Made by a program: the position numbers and the translations under genes. A stretch of 64,000 bases of DNA, taken from Desulfurococcaceae archaeon. GTDB lineage: Archaea; Thermoproteota; Thermoprotei_A; Sulfolobales; Desulfurococcaceae. The stretch spans positions 32,001 to 96,000 of the forward strand of contig JAWAJB010000002.1 of assembly GCA_038888155.1 (NCBI GenBank), written 5' to 3'. Under the pieces are notes generated by a model, which was not told where the DNA came from, did no database searches, and saw nothing but the letters and a program-made list of their open reading frames with translations. Below are positions 57,740-64,000 of the stretch, one piece after another (the stretch's first letter is position 1; each line of letters starts with the position of its first letter).

Positions 57740-59089
57740 ATGCGTAGAGTTCCTGTAGCAATGAGCATAGCGGGGAGCGACTCAGGTGGCGGAGCCGGCA
57801 TACAAGCTGACTTAAAGACATTTAGCGCATTGGGAGTATACGGTACAATAGCTATAACTAGCATTACGGCCCAAAATACAAGGGAAGTAACAGCTGTGCA
57901 CGATCTACCTGGTCGATTTGTGTACGAACAAATAAAGACTGTTGTCGAGGACATTGGAGTTGACGCTGCAAAGACTGGGATGCTGAGTAACACAGATATA
58001 ATTAAGAACGTGGCTAGCGCGATAAGGGAATTTAAGATACCTTTAGTCGTAGACCCTGTTATGGTGGCAAAGTCTGGCGCTAAATTACTTCGTGATGATG
58101 CTGTCGAGGCATTGGTAACCGAGCTCTTCCCCTGTGCGTTGGTTGTAACTCCTAACGCCGTTGAAGCTGCGGCTTTAAGCGGGATGGCTGTTTCCTCGAT
58201 AGAGGACGCAGAAAGGGTGGCGAGAGTAATTGCAGAGAAGTATGGACCCAAGTCAGTCGTAGTAAAAGGAGGCCATTTAGGGCATGATAGGGCAGTAGAT
58301 GTCCTTTACTATAAAGGGAGCCTCTATCACTTTGAATCAAGTAGATTAGAGGGCTGTTTCCATGGCGGAGGGTGTAGCTATGCCGCTGCTATAGCAGGCT
58401 ATATTGCCAAGGGACTAGACGTAGTTGACGCTGTAGGTAAAGCCAAGGAATTTATTGTGTATGCAATAAGGCACGGCGTGAGGATAGGCAAGGGACACTG
58501 CCCGGTAAATCCAATGGCGTGGGTGGAAATTCCGGCAGAGAAGTATAGGACCTTGGAAAGCGTGAAGCAAGCCGTCAACCTCCTAATGGAAAATAATTTA
58601 CGCCTTTTGTCGTATATACCTGAAGCCGGTTTAAACATTGTTGAAGCCATTGATGCCAGATATGCCCTAGGTCTCGAAGATGTTGCTGGAGTGAAGGGGA
58701 GGGTAGTAAGAGTAGGCGAGAAACTTATACCCGCAGGCCCTATCGAATTCGGATTATCAAACAACCTATCTCGACTTGTCCTCGAAGTAATGAAATATAA
58801 GCCTGATTATAGGGCTGCTGCGAGCATCAAGTATAGCAAAAATCTAGTTGACCGAGCAATCGAAATGGGATACTCTGCTATTTCTATAGGCGGAGGTCTC
58901 GAGGATCTAGGGCTATCGGAAAATCAAAAGATCAGTTCTCCGTTGATCATCAAGGAAATCCTTCAAAGACACGGCGAAATACCCGACATAATTTATCACA
59001 CTGGAGAAATAGGTACCGAATCCATGCTCATAGTAATTGGCAGAAATGCGGTTGAAGCAATTAACAAGCTCCTCCGCGTGGTTCCTTAG
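57740..59089 (+). CDS. thiD: Bifunctional HMP/HMP-P kinase with C-terminal ThiN domain (ThiDN)
   Basis: IAGSDSGGGAGIQADLKT, TAQNT, KTGML, VDPVM, TPN..EA and HGGGC; C-terminal IPE.G.N..., GR and PDIIY..G..G.E.M. ATG at 57740. Confidence 0.92.
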   Translation: MRRVPVAMSIAGSDSGGGAGIQADLKTFSALGVYGTIAITSITAQNTREVTAVHDLPGRFVYEQIKTVVEDIGVDAAKTGMLSNTDIIKNVASAIREFKIPLVVDPVMVAKSGAKLLRDDAVEALVTELFPCALVVTPNAVEAAALSGMAVSSIEDAERVARVIAEKYGPKSVVVKGGHLGHDRAVDVLYYKGSLYHFESSRLEGCFHGGGCSYAAAIAGYIAKGLDVVDAVGKAKEFIVYAIRHGVRIGKGHCPVNPMAWVEIPAEKYRTLESVKQAVNLLMENNLRLLSYIPEAGLNIVEAIDARYALGLEDVAGVKGRVVRVGEKLIPAGPIEFGLSNNLSRLVLEVMKYKPDYRAAASIKYSKNLVDRAIEMGYSAISIGGGLEDLGLSENQKISSPLIIKEILQRHGEIPDIIYHTGEIGTESMLIVIGRNAVEAINKLLRVVP

Positions 59090-59114
59090 CTTTTTTTAAC
59101 ATTTTATCGTATAA

Positions 59115-59414
59115 ATGGATAAAGTGGGTGAAACCGTGAAGAAACTAACTATAGGCGATAAGCCGGTTCACAAACATGTAGGACTTGCGCTTATAATACT
59201 AGGTGTAGTGTTCATATTGCTTGCTGTTGCAGTAGCATATAATTCATTCTATAATTATAGGTTGCCTTTGGTTTCTGGTTCTGATCTCGAGTCGGTCATT
59301 ATCTCAATGATCAATGTTCTCGTGGAGATTGCAATTAGGCTGGGCTTCATCGGTATAATAGTTTGGGCCGGTGGTTTACTGCTGAAACATGGTGTTGCTG
59401 CAATAAGACCTTAG
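59115..59414 (+). CDS. Small 2-TM membrane protein
   Basis: Two hydrophobic helices; first of three co-oriented genes. Confidence 0.7.
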   Translation: MDKVGETVKKLTIGDKPVHKHVGLALIILGVVFILLAVAVAYNSFYNYRLPLVSGSDLESVIISMINVLVEIAIRLGFIGIIVWAGGLLLKHGVAAIRP

Positions 59415-59423
59415 GGGTATATC

Positions 59424-59795
59424 GTGTTCACACTGTTCAAATTCTGGTTTATACTAATGGCAATTGTTATTCCTCTAATGGTCGCAGCTCCGCTCATTGT
59501 GTTTATCGTTGATTTTGCAAGAAGCATCGAATGCCTCAGAGTCAGCAGTGAGGGCGTAAGATTTGTAGATCAGGAAATGGTAGAGGTAAAGCTCGTAGTA
59601 AATTATTGTTCTAGCGCACCAATTAAAAGGCTGACCTTAAATTTTGGGGGTACTAATGTTACATTTGATGACGTAAGAAAGGGGGCAGTAGAGAGAACTC
59701 TTATAATACCACTCAAAGATTTTCAGCGAGGAGTAAAGGAAATAACAGTCGACATTGCGGGCATATATAAGCTATTAGTTAGTTACGGTGGCTAG
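59424..59795 (+). CDS. Membrane-anchored small beta-rich protein
   Basis: N-terminal TM followed by a beta-strand pattern with a Cys pair. Confidence 0.65.
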   Translation: MFTLFKFWFILMAIVIPLMVAAPLIVFIVDFARSIECLRVSSEGVRFVDQEMVEVKLVVNYCSSAPIKRLTLNFGGTNVTFDDVRKGAVERTLIIPLKDFQRGVKEITVDIAGIYKLLVSYGG

Positions 59796-59798
59796 AAC

Positions 59799-60212
59799 TT
59801 GGCCACGCACATTCTAAAAAAGATAATACTAGCTTTTCTCAGTGCCTCAATTTTCTTTACACTGTTCTTGATCCTATCATTTGTAATCAGTTCTCTGCTT
59901 CAAGTGCCAATGTTGGATATTACTCGCGCTGATGTATTGCTGTACTTAGGGTTAGCTGTTTCTCTGAGCATAATAGCGTCAAACGTTAAATTGCCTATAG
60001 CGATTGTATTCGACGCAATTATTGCCTTGCTTTCTTTATTGCTAATTGTTGAGCTAATAGGAGCAGGGCACATTAGGAGTGCCGTTATCTCGGATAGCGC
60101 TAGATTAAATATTGTTTTAGATTGTAAGCCATTATTTGCTATTATGGTAAGCTTTGTTGCGTTTTATACTCTGTTAAAGATATTTAAGAGAATTGTTGAC
60201 TATGAGGATTAG
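59799..60212 (+). CDS. Small 4-TM membrane protein
   Basis: Hydrophobic profile; tight spacing with neighbours. Confidence 0.65.
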   Translation: MATHILKKIILAFLSASIFFTLFLILSFVISSLLQVPMLDITRADVLLYLGLAVSLSIIASNVKLPIAIVFDAIIALLSLLLIVELIGAGHIRSAVISDSARLNIVLDCKPLFAIMVSFVAFYTLLKIFKRIVDYED

Positions 60213-60279
60213 CTAACAGCCCTAATATCAGTAAAAATATCTTGGAAACATTTTTTACTAGCTTCCTCTTGTAAGATAT

Positions 60280-61272
60280 ATGGTGGTTGTTTTGAAAATA
60301 GGTATATACGGCTTTGGAGCAATTGGCAGATTATTATATAAGTACGCTATTAGTAGAGGGCACGAGGTTGTGTCAGTCGTCGACATTGACGAGAAATTCC
60401 TCGGGAAAGATGCGGGCGAAATATCTGGTATTGGGAGACAAGGCGTCTTGGTGTCGAGCTCTCTCACAGGAATAGAGGAAGCAGATGTTGTAATCCACGC
60501 AACAGGGTCATACCTAGATAAAGTATTTGATCAAATAGTCTCGCTTGTAGAGAGTGGCGTGAACGTGGTTTCTACGTGCGAGACGTTAGCCTACCCCTAC
60601 TACAGATATCCCGTTCTCTCCAAGAGATTAGATGAGCTGTCGAGGGGATACGGAGTAGTAGTTATTGGTACAGGCATAAATCCCGGTCTGTTAATGGACA
60701 CCCTTGTGGTCGCGGTTTCATCTTCTCTTCCCTCAGTAAAGAAGATCAAAGTGGTTAGGAGCCTCGACGCTGCCAAGCGGCGGGAGCCTTTTAGAAGAAA
60801 AATTGGAGTAGGCGAAAAACCAACAATTGTCAAGGAGAGGTTGTTGAAAGGCGAGTTAACGGGGCACGTAGGCTTCGCTGAATCTATTTACTTAATTGCC
60901 CAATCTGGTGATCTAGAGTTGTCCCATGTGGTGGAAGGGCAGGAGCCTGTTGAGGCGAGCGAAGTCGTGGAGTCAAGCAGTATAAGAGTTGAGAGGGGTC
61001 TTAACAAAGGCGTTATTGGGTATGGTGTCGGCTACGTTGGTGAAAATGAACTTATTAGGTTGGAGTTTCACGCATACGTGGGGGCACCCGAATACGAGGA
61101 GATAACAGTTGAAGGTAGAGATGCTACTGTTACGTGGAGAAGTTCAGGCACACCTGGAGATCTCGGGACAGTTTCGATGGTTCTCAACGTAGCCGAGAAA
61201 GTGTTGTATATACCTTATGGGCTAAGGCTAATGACGGAGTTACTACCATTTAGGATAAAGTTTGAGTTATAA
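60280..61272 (+). CDS. 2,4-diaminopentanoate dehydrogenase / amine dehydrogenase-like (DapB-like N-terminus) oxidoreductase
   Basis: YGFGAIG, NVVSTCE, GTGINPG.LMD, GHVGF.ES and PGD.GT motifs. Confidence 0.82.
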   Translation: MVVVLKIGIYGFGAIGRLLYKYAISRGHEVVSVVDIDEKFLGKDAGEISGIGRQGVLVSSSLTGIEEADVVIHATGSYLDKVFDQIVSLVESGVNVVSTCETLAYPYYRYPVLSKRLDELSRGYGVVVIGTGINPGLLMDTLVVAVSSSLPSVKKIKVVRSLDAAKRREPFRRKIGVGEKPTIVKERLLKGELTGHVGFAESIYLIAQSGDLELSHVVEGQEPVEASEVVESSSIRVERGLNKGVIGYGVGYVGENELIRLEFHAYVGAPEYEEITVEGRDATVTWRSSGTPGDLGTVSMVLNVAEKVLYIPYGLRLMTELLPFRIKFEL

Positions 61273-61279
61273 AAATGAA

Positions 61280-62410
61280 TTAAGCCTTAGTCCAGAATTC
61301 TTTTTTCCAGTCCGGTTTAATTACTCTTAACAATCCAATTGTTACTATTGGAACAAAGTAAACAGCGAAGAATACCCATGCCATAGTTCCATAGCCTTGA
61401 GCAACGAGAGTTACTAGGCCTACTTGTGCTGTGACGATTGAGACCACGAATATAGTAGCTGAGAGCAGAGCCTCGCCCCTCCTACCTAGGCTCTTGCCGT
61501 GTAGCTTTAATTGCGAGTCAACTCTTCTCACAATTGAGTAAACCATGCCCAGCGCTGTCTCTATTAGCGTGTAGAATATCCAGAAAACGTATATTGCGAG
61601 AGCCCATGGCACTCCAATTGCCTTTAGAATGTCGTATAGGGGCACGGTCCAATTTATTACCTCAGGGTAGAACGCCATGAAGCAAACCCAGAGCGCAACG
61701 GCTGCCCCGTATATAAGGGCAACGCCAATTATCGTTGCAACCAAACTTTCGAATTTACCTTTGTACCTGTCAATTGATTGAAGAGCAGGCATAACTACAC
61801 ATAGGTTGTACATAGTGTACTTGAAGCCGTCTATGATGGCTTCAGTTGGTGTTCCCTGGCTGATGCCGCTTGAGATATTGCTAAGAGCTATAGAGCCTCT
61901 ATTGTACAGTATCACGGCCCATATGATGGCGTACATCACATAAAGACCTATAGTGCCAACTATCCACCATGCCTCTATTGCTCTACGACCATAAAAGTGG
62001 AGGAGGGCTACTACAATTAAAACTATTACAGCGGACAACCAGTAGGGTATTCCAGCTAGATCGGACAGCATGTAGCCGGCAGCAGCTCCAACAATTGCAA
62101 TGACTATCCACGCAAGCACTATAAAGGCAATATCAAATATCCACCAGAATTTCCATAGGAATTGTTTAGCCCACGTCATGTAATCGTAAGCCTTAAAAAC
62201 TCGTGCAACCTCGAACGACGGTATTAAGGCAATTACCAGTGTAATTGCCCCTATCAAGATGGCTATCCAGCCTGTAGAGCCATATTTGGCGATAAACTCT
62301 ATAATTTCCCTCCCACTTCCGTACCCTCCTCCTATCCACACGCTTTGAATGATTATCGATGTTATGGCGGCGTACCAGATCCTCCTCCATATAGATGACT
62401 TATCGGGCAT
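61280..62410 (-). CDS. YkvI-like (APC superfamily) amino-acid permease
   Basis: IGGGYGSGREIIEF motif; about 10 TMs. Confidence 0.8.
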   Translation of the reverse strand: MPDKSSIWRRIWYAAITSIIIQSVWIGGGYGSGREIIEFIAKYGSTGWIAILIGAITLVIALIPSFEVARVFKAYDYMTWAKQFLWKFWWIFDIAFIVLAWIVIAIVGAAAGYMLSDLAGIPYWLSAVIVLIVVALLHFYGRRAIEAWWIVGTIGLYVMYAIIWAVILYNRGSIALSNISSGISQGTPTEAIIDGFKYTMYNLCVVMPALQSIDRYKGKFESLVATIIGVALIYGAAVALWVCFMAFYPEVINWTVPLYDILKAIGVPWALAIYVFWIFYTLIETALGMVYSIVRRVDSQLKLHGKSLGRRGEALLSATIFVVSIVTAQVGLVTLVAQGYGTMAWVFFAVYFVPIVTIGLLRVIKPDWKKEFWTKA

Positions 62411-62562
62411 ATAGACAGCCCCTCGTGGAATTTAAGTAAGGGCAGGTATATATATTTTATTAAGTCTTGAGGTAATAGATTCCCACAAATCTAGTACTCA
62501 AAAATATACGGATCGATTTAACGATATATGGAAAATAAAAAATTGAGACAGCTTAGAAAGAA

Positions 62563-63966
62563 CTACCATCCTCTTATGTAGCTAAGGACTTCATCGGGAA
62601 TATTACCAGCAATTGCATCCTTTATGGACTCATTAATTATTTCTAGCCCCCTCTCTAGTTCATCATCACGTATGTTCAAAGGTGGTGCAATCCTTAGTAC
62701 ATTGCCGTGTTTACCGAAAGTTATTAAGATTAGCCCCTTCTCCCATGCCCTCCAGCAGATCTTAAGCGCTAGTTCCCTAAATGGTTCCCTTGATTTCTTG
62801 CTTTTAACTATGTCTACTCCTATCATTAGGCCCTTTCCTCTGATATCTCCGACAATTTCTCCGGTCTTTGAGTCTTCCGCTATCTCGCCGAGCCTCTTCT
62901 TAACGTATTCACCGAGTTTTGATGCTCTATCAACGAGGTTTTCATTTTTAATAGTCTCAATCGTAGCTATAGCAGCCCTTGATGATACAGCGTGGCCTAA
63001 GTGAGTGAAAACAAATAGAGGCATTGGCGGTATGCTATCTGCTATCTCTCTCTTCATAACTACTGCTGAAATGGGCATTCCGCCACCTAGTGCCTTAGCA
63101 CTGACCAATATATCTGGTTCAATGCCGAAATGCTCTATTGCCCACCATTTGCCTGTTCTGCCCATACCTGCTTGAACTTCTTCATCTATTAAAACCATAT
63201 TGTTTCTCTGCGCCAAATCTCTTAGTCCTCGCATGAACTCAACTGGCGGGACTATTACTCCTGCATCGCCCTGAATTGGCTCTATAATTATGGCAGCTAC
63301 GTTTTCCTTGAGCTCATTCACTTTTTTCTCTACCTGCTTAAGTGCGACTGAAGCTAAATCCGATGGATTCTCGTATCCATCTATGCCCCAGGGGTTCCTA
63401 TAAGGATCTGGATAGTCTACGAAGTGTACATCCTTTAGGGGACCAATAGGTTCTTTGAGCATAGGATCCACAATGCCCGTAACTGATAATGCCCCATAGG
63501 TCATGCCATGGTAGGATCCATAGAATGAAATTATTGGAGTTCTTCTAGTATAAACTCTTGCTGCTTTCAAGGCATTGTCTACGGAGTCAGAGCCAGAAAA
63601 ACCGAAAGTCACTTTCTTCTTAAAAGAGCCTGGCGTTATCTCGGCAAGCAATTTAGCTAGCTTTACTGGTTGTTCTTCGTAAAAGTACGCGGGGGTGTAA
63701 TTGAGCAGCTCTTCGGCTTGGTTTTTAACGGCTTCAACTACTCGTTGGTTGCAGTGTCCAACGTTGTAAACAGCAGCGCTTGTCAGGAAATCAATATATT
63801 CATTACCATCGGCGTCCCATACGCGCGCGCCCTTTGCCTTAGTAACAACAAGGGGAAAGTACTTTAATGCCGAAGATGCTGGAATGTACTCTTCATCTAA
63901 GCTAACAATTCTCAAGTTATTTGTTAGCTTTTTACTAGTAAGTCTCGTAATTCCATCCCAGCGCAT
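62563..63966 (-). CDS. Class III PLP enzyme (GABA aminotransferase family), probable amino-acid racemase
   Basis: [46 protein letters not shown] and LRIAPPL motifs. Confidence 0.85.
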   Translation of the reverse strand: MRWDGITRLTSKKLTNNLRIVSLDEEYIPASSALKYFPLVVTKAKGARVWDADGNEYIDFLTSAAVYNVGHCNQRVVEAVKNQAEELLNYTPAYFYEEQPVKLAKLLAEITPGSFKKKVTFGFSGSDSVDNALKAARVYTRRTPIISFYGSYHGMTYGALSVTGIVDPMLKEPIGPLKDVHFVDYPDPYRNPWGIDGYENPSDLASVALKQVEKKVNELKENVAAIIIEPIQGDAGVIVPPVEFMRGLRDLAQRNNMVLIDEEVQAGMGRTGKWWAIEHFGIEPDILVSAKALGGGMPISAVVMKREIADSIPPMPLFVFTHLGHAVSSRAAIATIETIKNENLVDRASKLGEYVKKRLGEIAEDSKTGEIVGDIRGKGLMIGVDIVKSKKSREPFRELALKICWRAWEKGLILITFGKHGNVLRIAPPLNIRDDELERGLEIINESIKDAIAGNIPDEVLSYIRGW

Positions 63967-64000
63967 TGGTCAACACCCGTAGTATGAATTATAAAGTAAG

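Noticed and set aside
300-63867. Numerous short ORFs antisense to or nested in called genes (e.g. 300-671, 1131-1643, 24879-25136, 57736-58251)
   Set aside because: Shadow frames of well-supported genes, Ser/Ile/Leu-rich and without motifs.

Overview
Chromosomal window from a thermophilic crenarchaeon, most likely Desulfurococcales/Thermoprotei. This assignment is inferred from ribosomal protein S25e, a short XPF nuclease, GC-rich intronless tRNAs, C/D box sRNAs and frequent TTG/GTG starts. Contents in order: a NurA / DHH / deacetylase / CYTH / solo-Cas4 cluster; two C/D box sRNA loci, one with a guide for 16S C1402; tRNA-Ile; a tungsten-type aldehyde:ferredoxin oxidoreductase; a stand-alone Mrp antiporter operon; rps25e with tRNA-Gly; an apparently acquired Opp/Dpp ABC operon whose last gene runs antisense through tRNA-Gly, preceded by decayed amidohydrolase and PLP-enzyme pseudogenes. 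Two separate type IV pilus-like loci follow (two ATPase/TadC pairs, seven pilin-like genes). Locus 1 has a PMT-like glycosyltransferase overlapping a Ser/Thr-rich, sequon-free major pilin. Locus 2 has a KaiC-like ATPase module. Housekeeping genes include HypA/Mrp, class II HMG-CoA reductase, AglH, XPF, Ard1, Nnr, an M32 carboxypeptidase, a Btu-like ABC transporter and ThiDN. The window ends with a probable amino-acid racemase/permease/amine dehydrogenase module. No CRISPR array, integrase or transposase was seen. All calls come from motif recognition by eye; no database searches were run.
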